Assembly (NCBI GenBank): GCA_010909165.1
Contig: VJWM01000411.1
Location: 1 to 14,863 of the forward strand
Reading direction: 5' to 3'
From: Anthoceros angustus
Taxonomy: Eukaryota; Plantae; Anthocerotophyta
Length of the DNA stretch: 14,863 nt
This document shows positions 1 through 10,440 of this stretch, piece after piece (the stretch's first letter is position 1; every line of letters begins with the position of its first letter). Made by a program: the position numbers and the translations under genes. The notes under the pieces were generated by a model that saw nothing but the letters and a program-made list of their open reading frames with translations, did no database searches and was not told the origin of the DNA.

Positions 1-1108
1 CTTATATTTATATTTATGCTTATACGTATACTTATACTTATACTTATACTTATACTTATGCTTATGCTACTTATGCTTATACTTATACTTATACTTATAT
101 CTATGTACTTCTATATATATATCTATACTTATATTTATACCTATATTTATTATTATATCTATACCTATACCTATACTTATACCTATACCACTATCTATAT
201 TTATACCTATATCTATATCTATACCTATATCAATATCTATATCTATATTCATATCTATACCTATACCTATATTTATATTTATACCTATACCTATATCTAT
301 ACTTATACTTATATCTATATTTATACTTATACTTATACCTATACCTATATTTATATTTATACTTATACCTATATCTATACTTATACTTGTACCTATATTT
401 ATACGTATATTTATACTTATATCTATACACATACTTATGTATCTACCTATACCTATATTTATATCTACTTATACTTATGTTATTACCTATGTTTATACTT
501 ATACTTATACCTATACCTTATTTATTTATATACACCTTATACCTATACTATACCTATACACATATTTATACCTATGTATTTTATACTTATATCTATATCT
601 ATGCTTATACATATACCTATATATATCCTGTATACCTGTCATATGTCTATACTTATACCTATATCTATACTTATACTGCGTATCACATTATGTACTTACC
701 TCTACCTATCACAATAGCATATCTATACTTTTATGCCTATCTGTTACCTATACTATAATACATGTACCTATCTATATCACATGCCCATGTACTATACACT
801 GTGACCTATATCTATGTTTATGCCTATGCTTATATCTATTACCTATATCTATACCTGTCTATGTTTATATGTTTATGCTTATATTTATATCTACTTATGC
901 ACCTATACCCATACCCATACCTATACCCATACCTACCCATACTATACCCTTGTACTGTGCCTATATTTATGCACTATGCCTATACTTGTATCTATACTTG
1001 TACCTGTGCCTGTGCCTATACCTATACCTACTATACATCTGTACATACCTATACTTATACCTATACCTATACCTATACCTATACCTATACCTATACCTAT
1101 ACCTATAT
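1..1108 (+). repeat. Degenerate hexamer microsatellite, (CCTATA/CTTATA/TCTATA/TTTATA)n, open at the left window edge
   Basis: Direct reading shows 6-bp periodicity throughout and a G-poor plus strand. There are 8 perfect CCTATA copies at 1060-1107 and a CCCATA variant patch at ~905-940. Translated ORFs here are dipeptide repeats (YT, IP, LY). Confidence 0.97.
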
Positions 1109-1110
1109 CA

Positions 1111-1534
1111 ACCTACCTGCTTTGCTAAAAGATCGTTTCGACCCGTTTCTTCTTCCCTAAGTATCCTTTCTACCTGTCCAACACTATCCAACAATTCCAG
1201 TTCCAAAAGATTCGAAAAAGCTTCGGCATGTTTCCTTCAAACCATTTCCTACCAAAAAAAATCGGTCCTGTCCTGAAACCGCCCGCGACACGAAATCCTC
1301 CACGAAGGTTTCAGCGTCTCTCTCCTTCTTACCTCCAAAGAGAATCGCTTGCTTAGGGCGTTGTTGCCATCGCGGCGGCAGGTTGAGGAACGCTCCCACC
1401 GCGCGACTTGGTCTTGCTTCCTCCTCACGATCAACAACTCCACCACGCTTACATTGGGCTGGTGACCTCGCCTCGAGCTCGTCGTCTCTCACTGCGCTCG
1501 GGCGCTCGGCGATCTGGCGTCGACTCTCTCGCAA
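1111..1534 (-). pseudogene. gag: Ty3/gypsy-like Gag (capsid N-terminal region) fragment with premature stop, truncated at the microsatellite
   Basis: ORF 1184..1534(-) contains ILFGGKKERDAETFVEDF...DRFFLVGNGLKETCRSFFESF, matching the retrotransposon Gag pattern F.G...D...F...F...L...A..WF. In-frame read-through of the stop gives CWTGRKDT*GRRNG, which resembles the TW..LK..F..RF motif. It lies downstream of a minus-strand LTR. The true start may be further right (~1750). Confidence 0.7.
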
Positions 1535-1744
1535 TTCGTCATAACTACCTCACGTCCTCCACGCATCCGCTTGCTACGGGCGATTTCATTCCCGAGCAGC
1601 GCCAAAATGGCGCGACTTTTCTTTGGCAACCCGGTAGGCGCACAATCCGTGTCGTTGTAGGAAGAGTCCGTTCCCAAAGGGAATAGCTCTCCGTTGCGGT
1701 TTGGCGATTCTCGTCTTACTTTCGTCGGTCTCAACGCATTCGTC

Positions 1745-2339
1745 GTCACGTCTAACTACTCGCGCGTTCACCACGGGCCGGTGTGGCCAAGCGTTTAAGG
1801 ACCCGTTCGCGTCCGTCGTTCACGTTCGTCACTCGCACCTCTAGTCCGTTCCTCTCTCCACTCACTACACTTATCGGTCTTAGGGAAGGCCGCGGGCTAC
1901 AGTCCGGACCTCCTCCCGTCGTTAGGCCTCTCCGTCCAAGACTCTGCCGCCCTCCGAGTCCCTCGGCTCACGTTCGGTCCGTTCGGCGGGCGCGGCTGCA
2001 GGCACGGGTCCCCATCACCCTTCCACCGCACACACCACAACACGTTAGGTCGTCACGGGACCACGATCAATCTCTCGGGCCGTGCACCTTTCGGTGACTC
2101 GGGACTCACGTTAGCAGAAGACACACAAAGGTGCAGAGCAGCATCAACACCAAGAAGATGATTTATTGAGCTGACCCTCTTATACTACGCCCAAGTCGTC
2201 TTTATTACACCCTATTACGGTGATGGCATTTCGGTATACCTAATCGGCCGCCTACCATCCTATTCCTCCCCTATCTCCTTGCGTGGTGGGGGGAAGGTCC
2301 GGGTTCGCCTTGGGATTGGTGGTCCAATCTCCCGTCACA
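1745..2339 (-). mobile_element. LTR F plus leader (probable 5' LTR of the gag-bearing element); right boundary 2339, left boundary uncertain
   Basis: The minus strand starts TGTGACGGG at 2339, has TATAAGAGGG at 2175-2184 and AATAAA at 2162-2167. There is patchy co-linear similarity to 6221-7024 (e.g. tgccgccctccgagtc 1945 vs tggcgccaccgagtc 6519; cctattcctcc in both). Gag follows on the same strand. Confidence 0.6.
2175..2184 (-). promoter_or_regulatory. Putative LTR TATA box (TATAAGAGGG)
   Basis: Plus-strand ccctcttata, in a position equivalent to the cctcttatagg of LTR C. Confidence 0.45.
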
Positions 2340-5300
2340 GCGATTCTGGCGCACCCAATCGGATGATCCGTGAGGCGGGACCCCTCCTTTCTCCGGAATC
2401 ACGAGGTTGGGCTCGTGGCGGTCGGCGCCGTTACCTCGTCATCCTCCCAGCCTCCCGTGGGTCCCCTCGGTGGGGCCCCGGCTATCTGCTCCCCTAGCGT
2501 AAGTCGAGGGGCTCCTCCCTTCTTGGGTCCGGACCTCGGGTCCGGTCTCGACTCAGTCTCGAACTCGAGTCTTATTTCCGAGTCAGGTCTGTGGGTCGGC
2601 CTCGTCTCTGAGGTTCGGACCTCTCGGGCTTATTCGGTCCGGTCCCCAAGCTCGGACCCCTTACTCTGTGGACCTCGTCTGCTGGGTCCTCATCCCTACC
2701 CCGACCCTTGTCTTGGGTCGGGTTGGCTCCTTCCTTTGGGTCACCTCCCTTCTCCAGGCGGGTTGCGGTGAACTTACCACAGGGTCCGTTGCGTCTCGCT
2801 CCTCTTGAGGCTCTTCTCCCCGCGTCGTCTCAAGCAGGGCCACTAGAGTCCCGTCTTTGTCCCCATGCCCTTCTTCCCCTCAGGCCTTCCAGTGGTCTGT
2901 TGCCTTGAGGGGCTCGGCGTGGTAATAGGCAAAGTCCGAATCCACTTGTTGGATTGCCTCTTCCACGTGTGCGGGCATACTCCCCGCCATAGGTGCTCGG
3001 GGGCGTCTTTGCCCGCTTGGACCACCTCCCGGTTTGATATGGGCCGGGCTGCTTCACGCGGTACCGGTGCCTCTCACCCTTGTTGTTGCTCACTGCCAAC
3101 TCCTCCGCTCGCTGCGACTTACCCGCCATAACGCGTTCCCCTTCCGCCCTCTGGACCGGCGGCTTCTTATGCCTTCCGGTGCTCTCGCTCTCCGTCCATT
3201 ACATTAACTCCGCCATCTCCCTCTCCAGACGGTGAACTCTGCGGGCTGCGGGCTCGCCAGTCCTTCTCCATTTGGCGGCGTCCTGCTCCTGTTCCATCGC
3301 CGTCGCCTCTCGCCAGAGGGGCTCTATTTCTCGTTCGCGTTCGCGACCATACTGGACTACCATTCCTCTCAATGGTAGTTTGGGCTGCTGACTCAAGGTC
3401 TCCTTGCGGTCTTCCATCTCCTGCTTCTTTGCTCCACCTCACCGGTGAGTCAGGAGATCCTCCATCTCCTTGTCGCGAACTTCACAGGCTGGTGGTCGCT
3501 TGCTCCGCCGCCTCTCCTCCATCTTGAGTGGGCGCTCTATCTCCCTCGAAGTCTTGGACTCTCGTTGAGAACCCCTTGCTTTGCTCCAGCGTCTTGGGTT
3601 GTAACTCCAAGGTGTCCTTCTTGTCCTCCGACTCTGCCGCCTCCCTTCTACCTCCCCACTGCTCGGTCTTGGTTGGCCTTGGCTTGCCGCCTCCTCCACC
3701 CGGTTTGATCCTTGGATAGTGATCGTGATCGCGTGGCTTCGCCTCCTTGGCCACCTTCACAGGCTTCTCCGGCTTGGCTCGGTCTGGTCGGGCCGCCTCG
3801 CGGTCCGAGCCCTCTCGCTTGCGCCCGGGCCTCTTAGCCTCTGCTGCGCTACCCCTCTCACTCTGCGGAGGTCCTCGGCCCGCTTGGGCCTCCTTAGCAC
3901 CTTGGTGCTCCTCCGGTGAAGGAATTTAGTCGTCCTTGCGGATGGACGGACTTCCCTCTCGGCCTCCGGCGTTTCCCTTCCTCAATCGGCCGAGCTTGGC
4001 CTTCCTCCTTGCCTCTGGGCCCCTCAGCTGCTCACGGAGGAGTACCATGCGCCTCGGGTGGCTTCTACCTCTGGGTCTTCTCGGCCATCCATGAGACCCC
4101 AAAGCATATCCATGGCAGCGGTAGCAGGACCGCCGTGTTTCTTCCACGGCCGCCAGTGAGGCTCCCACAAAGTCCGTAGTGGGAGGCATTTCGCGGTCCC
4201 GCCGGGGACCTCCATCTGCGATCCGGAGTAAGTCGGGGGGGTTCTCGGACCTAATCGGGACCCTTAGGTCACGAGTCTTTGACTCGGAGCTTCACCCTCC
4301 TTGGCCCTTTTGGCGCGAGCTCCTTCTCGCCCTTTTCTCACAGGGCTCGGAGGAGGTGAGAGTCAGGAGCAAGCCCTTTTGCCCCTTCACAGCCGGAGGC
4401 AGGGACTCGAGTGCGGTGCTGCGACCTCCTGCTCACTGGCGTCCTTCGCCCTCCTTACGCTTCCTCGCTTCTTGCCACTCAGGTAGGCGGGGGTAAAGTC
4501 TTGGCACCGTCGAGGTCTTTGCGTTGTGAATCTTGTCTTGCGTCTCTTGGTTCCCTCACGGTCCGGAGGGCTCAGTGTGGTTGTGGTGGTGGTGGGCTAT
4601 TGGAGTCGGGGCGCCTCTGCTTCCTTTCGGTGGGGCACGAGGAGGGCGGGGATTTCCTCCCATACTTCCACAGGTGGTGAGGGGTCCGTTCAGGGCGTAT
4701 GGAGTCAGAATTCCCTCGATCGTCCTCCTCCGGGTCGTTTGGCCTTGACCCCCCACCTCGGGCGCCCTTGCGCTCCACTTCGGCGGGGCCTCCGGTCCTT
4801 CCGGGCGCCCGCTCAAGCTCTCCCTCCTTGAGGCTCGAAATGTCCCCATACATGGATCGGGTATGGGGCGGCCCAGAATGGCGAGGCTTCTCGCTCCTGA
4901 GCTTGCCTCACCGCAGGCGAAGATAATCCTTCCCAGTCCGCCCTCTTCCCCGGCGCATGCGCATGCGAGAATACCAGCGAGTTATCACCAAGGTGATCCA
5001 CCTTGGTGGCGAGTTCAATGGACAATGATCGGGCTACCGCCCTTACTCGGTTGTCCGGCGGGTCGGATATCAACCAGCGTTGGTGGTCCTCTGCGTTCGA
5101 GCCTCGGCATCGCGCTTGTTTGCCCTATCTTTCGCCTTGAGGGGCTCGGCACCACCCCTTCTTCCTCCTTTGGGCGGTTGTAGGCCCTCGGGACCTCAAG
5201 GTCCATCGCCTCGGGTCCTCCGGAGGTTCTTGGACCGAACCTCCTTGTTGTGCCGCCAACATCTTGGGCGAACTCCGGACGGTGTGCGAGCGTCGAGACC

Positions 5301-5870
5301 GTCTGGAACACATCCGGTGCCACTCCTCAACTAATCTCCCGCTTCCTCCGGCCCGGGGCCCAAAGTCCGGATAGCGCGGGTCACAATGTTGCGCTCTCAC
5401 GAGGTTCCATGGCTCCCAAACTTCCATGAGCTTTTGGGTGCCATCGCCTTCGTCTCCCTTGTTCTTTGTGGCTGGCGGCCGGAGTTCGCGATCGCCCTCC
5501 TCGCCCGCGTTTGCTCCAACCCCGGCGGCGGTGAACCACGCTCGAAGGTGCTTGGCGCTCAAGAGATAGCGAGGCGGGTTGCGGGCGCAGAGGCTGCGGT
5601 GTCTCGAGGTGCCTTGTGACCTTCCCTTGACGCCTTTGGGAGTAACATTTGGGCGGGAAGGCGCCTCTTCCACATCCGTAGCGCAGGGCATGGCGACCTT
5701 ACGCCTCACACTCGGCCTTACACGCGCCGGCCTTACGGCGTACTCGGCCTTCGCCGCGCGTCCCGGGCGTGAATACTGCCTGCGGCCCTGGCAGTCAGTG
5801 CATGCCGACCTCCACTCGGGGCCGTCCACGTGGCGCCGCCTGTCATCCTCACGGCTCAACTTCTAAGTTA
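2340..5870 (-). pseudogene. Accessory ORF family, copy E (most diverged; conserved domain ~4830-5400)
   Basis: ORF 4813..5073(-) TKVDHLGDNSLVF...GKRADWEG...WAAPYPIHVWGH aligns with SYFGTNF...GSQADWGT...LAPYLVHLWE of copies A and B. DNA anchors: reverse complement of 4081-4111 resembles 13411-13440, and aagggccaagga is shared with ~13232. Broken across frames; the 2340-3170 portion is assigned by continuity only. Confidence 0.65.
5697..5753 (+). repeat. Short degenerate tandem repeat, core (cgg)ccttac, 4 units spaced 15-19 bp
   Basis: ccttac at 5697, ctcggccttac at 5711, gccggccttac at 5726, ctcggccttcg at 5743. Confidence 0.6.
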
Positions 5871-6220
5871 CTTTCCTGGCGTACTTATCTGTTTGGACTG
5901 GGTGGGTCGGACTTATCCAGATTACCACGGCGTGGTCGGTTGCACCGCCATAGTGGGTCAGTGCGTTCTTGTGGTGGAACCGGGGCACTCAGGGTCCTCC
6001 ACTCTGCACCTTATCCTTTGTCGCCGTCGTTGGGTTTCGTCCCATGAGACTTGTGTGAAAGTTCGAGGTCTTGTGATCACCGCTACTGCGGTGACACAAC
6101 TTCTCGGCCTTCTAAACAAGCGCGCCTCTACTCTCCCTCTTCGGCGGTTACGCTTGCCTTTGCTTGAAAAATCACCAATCCTCGACCTACAGCGACACAA
6201 AACAATTGCAGTCACGCCTT

Positions 6221-7024
6221 AGCGTGAGGAGCCTATCACGGCGCCAGGGACCCCAGTCCACACGCGATTTCGTCCCTACTTCTAAGACCACTCTTCTCCA
6301 CTCGGGGAGGCTTTTACTTGCAGTTGGGATTCGTCCCTTAGGCTGCACTTGTGGCCTTCCACGCCTACACCTCTAATCCTCTACTCATCTCCTCATCCTC
6401 TTCCTCCTATTCTAACCTCGGTTCGGGCTTCTGGGACTCGCCCTTACAGCTGCACAGGGTCGGCCTCCACCCGGCAAGTTCTTCCTTGGGCGGTTGCTTG
6501 TGAGTTTGACACCACTCGTGGCGCCACCGAGTCTTTCCACATGTGGTCTCGGAGTGTTCACAGGCATTGCCACCCACCCAAAGCAATTTCACAACAACCA
6601 TTCACAAAGCAACTCGTTTAGGCACTTGCGGGAGCAAGTCCTCCACCAACACTCAGACCACCGCGACTTCCTCTCTACAGAATGCGTTGGCTCACGGTAA
6701 ACGAAATTCCTCTGTAATGGCAAAGGACTCGATGAGGTGGGCGCACGTGATACTTTACTTTGTGAAATCCTCCTCCTCTTATAGGAGGCCTTCCACATAC
6801 AACCTCCCTTGGGTGACCCTCTGCAGGTCACCTTTTCCAATTTTCTATTATTATTTCCGACATTTAATGCACGGCACCTAATCTATTATATTCCTTGGTA
6901 AATTCTATTCTAGTAACTTCAAGATCATCCTTAAGGATGTCGGTCTACACCTATCCTTCCTATTCCTCCAAAGCATTTATGGTCTTTGACCATCTCGATC
7001 CTTATCTTCTTTGGGGTGGCGACA
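6221..7024 (-). mobile_element. LTR C plus leader; right boundary 7024, candidate left LTR boundary 6519 (~506 bp)
   Basis: The minus strand starts TGTCGCCACCCC at 7024. The plus strand at 6519 reads TGGCGCCACC, one mismatch from the expected terminal inverted repeat TGTCGCCACC. CCTATAAGAGG lies on minus at 6775-6785, with an AT-rich U3-like segment at 6840-7010. Similar to LTR F. Confidence 0.65.
6775..6785 (-). promoter_or_regulatory. Putative LTR TATA box (CCTATAAGAGG)
   Basis: Plus-strand cctcttatagg inside LTR C; resembles the CCTATAAAAGG boxes common in plant gypsy LTRs. Confidence 0.5.
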
Positions 7025-10000
7025 TGTCCCGTGGATTGGCTCCCTCGCCCTCCTTTTGCTCTGTCCCTTCCCGGATCTTGTCGCCTTCCTAATGTGTGGG
7101 GCAAGTACAATCACCTTCCTCCATCTTGAGGCGGCGCCCAATTCTGTCACCTCCAGTGCCCCCCGCGCCCCTTTTCTCCGCCTCCCGTGGTGGCGCCCGT
7201 TCATCCGCACCTACGCGGTAGTCGGCGGACTACGGGGTGGTGACTACCCTGGTGATCGGTCCTATCCCTTCCTTCCTTCCTTCTCGCGTCGGTGAGGTTT
7301 CTGGTCAAGATCTCCATTGCTCTTTGCCTTCTTTTATTTGTCCATACCTACCATAGAGCATCTAAAGAGCCTTCCCCATTTGCCTGATCTCCCCTAATCT
7401 CTCGGGCCTTTTTCGTCTGGACTCCTCCCACAGTCCCGGTTCCTCCCTTATTCGCGGTGAGAATTCTCTTCCCCCTTCCTCCGACAGGTCGGACCCGTCC
7501 TTGCTCTCCTCGGTGGGTTGCTCCTCCACCGTCTCCTTCTTGGTGTTTGGATCCCCGGCTTCATCCTCCACGGGCCTCGGCGACTCTGCAGGCTCTGTGC
7601 CCGTGGGCCTTGCCCGGTAGTCGCGGACTACGGCGTGGTGTGGTCCCACGGTGGTAGCGGACTACTGGTGGTAGTGTCACTCTGTGGTAGGTGACCCCTG
7701 TGGTGTCCCCCCTCTTGCTCTCGCCGTCTCCACCCTTGGTGCCAGCGCTCCTCTCTCCGACTCCTCAGTTCCTCGAGTCCATTTCTGATGGCCTCATCAA
7801 AATCAGGCCTCTGGCTGCACTTGTTGCGGCTCCCGATCATCATCATGAGGACCAATTGTCCTCCTCTTGGCCAACGCAACACCGTTGTTGGCCTTCAAAA
7901 TTGTTGTGGTGAGCCCCAAGCTATGATATTGCATTTGGAGATCATCAATCTCCGTGGGCCACTCTCCATCTTACCTCTTGTAGGCATCTCTTGCGGTGGT
8001 TTCCCCACCTTGACATGGAGGTTACATTCTCCTCCCTCCTTCATTTGGTTGGCTAGTTCACGAAGGGCATAATCAGCCAAAATCTTCGCTTCCTCACCAC
8101 GGCATCACATGCACCACCTTCTTGTGGTGCTCCTCCTCTGGACCTCCTTGCTCCAGTCCGCTTGCTTGGGCAAGCCCTCCTTCTCGCTTGCCAAGCATTC
8201 TTTTCGCTCGCTCCACGCAATTGCTGGTCTTGAGCTTCTTCTCCGCGCTTCTCCTCCAAATTATCTGGTCCTTCTCAATTCCTCTCCCATGTCCGGATTT
8301 TGATGGCTTGGTAGCCACACTGCTCTTGTCGTCACTTGTTGGACGCCTTTTCCCTTCTAGTGCCTCGTGCCTCTTTCTTTCTTGCTCAATTGGGCAAAAT
8401 GCTCTTCCTTTTGCCTCCATGAGTCCTTTGGGTTGTTGCCGAATAGCTCTTTCTTGATGCGACAACTTTCCTTCCGGACTTTTCCGGCTCATCCGGTGGA
8501 GCTTCTCCTGACCTTTTCTAACTTGGCTGCCTTTTCGGACTCCATGGCCTCCAAGCCATGGTCCACCCCCGGCCATGTCTTGAGCTTTGCTTCCTCTTGG
8601 CATGCCCAGGCTGCTAGCTCCTAGCCCCTTCAAATCTGCGGTGAGTGCTTCACAAGCACCGGCAATTCTCCTAGGGGTCCTAATTCCACCCCTCTGTCTT
8701 CTTGGAAATTTCCAGCTCTCTGCGGCCATCGCCGGCGGGTCCCTCCTCACTCCATCCGCTCTCCCCACCGAGTGCGGCGTGCGCCCCACTCGCGGCGCCT
8801 CATGTTCCCTCCTTCCCTTCCCTCTGGCCGTGCCTCTGGGCGTGGTGCCCCAGCGGTGGGCTGCTCCCCAGTGGTTGCCTACCTACCGTGGTGGTGACCT
8901 ACCAGTGGTGCCCACCCCCTTGGGTGGTGCCCCTCTGGTAGGTGCCTCTTCACTAGGCACAAATGAGATGGTGGGGACTCCCCCACCCTCGGGGCATCAC
9001 CACTCACATGGTGGTTCTCCTCTCATACACCACGGCCTTCTTGATTCTTGTTCTTCTCTTCCTTGCTCTGTGGCGGAAAATCTTCCCACTCCGGCAACTT
9101 TGTTGCTTCCACATCTTCCTTCCTTGGCCGCTTGCGGAGGTCGACCTCCCTTGTCTTCCTTAATGCAAAGGCAAGGGCCTTTCCAAGCTTGGTGGAGATG
9201 GATTATCTCAGAAGGATGCCATGCATCTTCTCCTTGCTTGTGAGAAGCCCTCGGTCTCCCACAAATGCACCAAATAGGTGCTAATGAGCCTCGGCCCTTC
9301 CTCATCCACGGTCGGCTTGAGTCTCTCCGGTGGTGGATGTAGGCCTCATACATGATAGTGCCCCAATCGGCTTGGCTCCCTTGAAATCTTCCATAAAAGC
9401 GGAAGTTGGTGCCAAAGTAAGAGGTCGATGGTTTACCCCAACACAATCTTTGCAAAGAGCCTCCACTTGACTCCTTGATGCTCTCAGTCTTCCGACCATT
9501 CTTGGCATGGGCTTTCACCCTCCGTCCATCATGTCGAGGACTTCTTGTGGAATGCGAGAGGGCAATCCTCTTCCCTCCATTGTCCTCTCGAGGCAGATTC
9601 GAGCTCTCTTCCTCGGCCTTCCATACACAGCAGATGCTCCTTACGGTCCGGCGAGGATCCGTCAGCATTTCTTTCGTAGCGAGGCGCCTCGGTGATGGAA
9701 GATTGATGAAACATTCTTCAATCAACTCCAAATTAGTGTAGGCCCATTGGCGCACCCATCAATTGGATGTTATCCTCTTACGCCCTTTCTGAAAATCAAC
9801 CAAATCCGGTTAAGCTGACAAAGCAAGTGAATTGAGGCATCTCGACCTCACCCCCTCCGGCGGTAGCCTCCTTCTTCTTCCTTTCCTCCTCGCGAGGAAG
9901 AGCCTGTGACTCCTTCCCTTGCCTTTCCCATTTCGAGGCATGGCGCCTCCTCTCCAAGTGCTTCAGGAAGTAAGACAACCAGAGCCTTGCTCCCAAGCGT

Positions 10001-10265
10001 TCCTTCTCCTCATGGCAATTTCAACCTAGGAGCAACGTTTGTTGGGATTGGTTCCATGACCTTCGATTCTGCGATTTCCACCAGAATTCTCCTCCCGGTA
10101 GCGCGGTTAGTTGAGATGGTCACGGTGCCTCGCAATTTCTCCCTCGATTGCGGTGCGTCCCAACCTAGTGCTTTACGTTGGCGTCGCCTTGGCGCTTGGT
10201 TCGCTCCCTTCCTCTCTCCTCGTCGGCGCGGAGCTCGGGACTGACTTGTGGAGCGTAAAGTTTGG
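7025..10265 (-). pseudogene. Accessory ORF family, copy A (conserved domain ~9270-9790, coiled-coil-like segment ~7900-8600)
   Basis: ORF 8997..9755(-) contains WAYTNLELIEECFINL...KNGRKTESIKE...SYFGTNFRFYGRFQGSQADWGTIMYEAYIHH. It is an inverted homolog of copy B (9453-9470 is an 18/18 reverse complement of 11773-11790; 7341-7354 is a 14/14 reverse complement of 13850-13863). Multiple frameshifts. Confidence 0.8.
8872..8942. repeat. Cluster of quasi-palindromic CCTACC/GGTAGG motifs (copy A)
   Basis: CCTACC at 8878, 8882 and 8898; GGTAGG at 8937. Confidence 0.7.
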
Positions 10266-10407
10266 GTCACCGTTTTTTCGAGGAAAAGGCGAACAACTTT
10301 GGCTCAAACTACAGTTGGACAAAATCTGAACCTTTTGATGTTCACTGAGGCTCTAAGGAAGGCAAAAGTTTAGGTAGGCAATAAAGAACTAGGATGCACC
10401 GGGTTTT

Positions 10408-10423
10408 GGAGTAGAAGAGTAGG
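10408..10423 (+). other. Possible polypurine tract of element A (GGAGTAGAAGAGTAGG), followed by TGACA at 10424
   Basis: Purine-rich run immediately before TG, in a position analogous to the PPT of element B. Two pyrimidines interrupt it, and an LTR-end interpretation is also possible. Confidence 0.4.
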
Positions 10424-10440
10424 TGACAACGACTCTAGGT

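Noticed and set aside
1-1108. Telomeric repeat interpretation (C-rich strand at the left edge)
   Set aside because: CCTATA is not a telomere unit I recognise, and purity is highest proximally, the opposite of a telomere array. The position on the chromosome is unknown.
16-1160. Long ORFs in the ORF track over the microsatellite (e.g. 16..717, 437..1276)
   Set aside because: Dipeptide-repeat translations of a hexamer repeat that happens to lack stop codons; no evidence of coding function.
2051-2060. cgtcacggga as the left terminus of a 289 bp LTR F
   Set aside because: It resembles an inverted terminal repeat but lacks TG and an adjacent PBS, and similarity to LTR C continues leftward through it.
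2525-2660. Loose 6-bp periodic run (ggacct/cgggtc/cgagtc)
   Set aside because: Consistent with a low-complexity peptide tail of copy E; too degenerate to call a separate repeat.
5831-5843. Plus-strand TGGCGCCGCCTGT resembling a tRNA-Lys PBS
   Set aside because: It lies inside copy E with no LTR upstream on that strand; likely chance in GC-rich sequence.
6019-6025. TGTCGCC as an alternative left end of LTR C
   Set aside because: Only a 7-nt match, with no PBS, PPT or TSD support.
6501-6514. PBS candidate TGGTGTCAAACTCA (minus) next to the 6519 boundary; also TGGCGCCGTGAT at ~6235-6246
   Set aside because: Only 8-9 nt match recalled tRNA-Leu or tRNA-Asp primer sites, and the second has no adjacent LTR terminus. 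Too weak to annotate.
7025-7029. Target-site duplications for LTRs C (TGTCC), F (GCGAT) and B (TAGGT)
   Set aside because: No matching copy was found at a credible opposite terminus within the window.
8587-9243. 218 aa plus-strand ORF and the many other 60-140 aa ORFs as independent genes
   Set aside because: Opposite-strand or off-frame shadows of the decayed accessory ORF in GC-rich DNA, with no recognisable domains and no conservation between copies.
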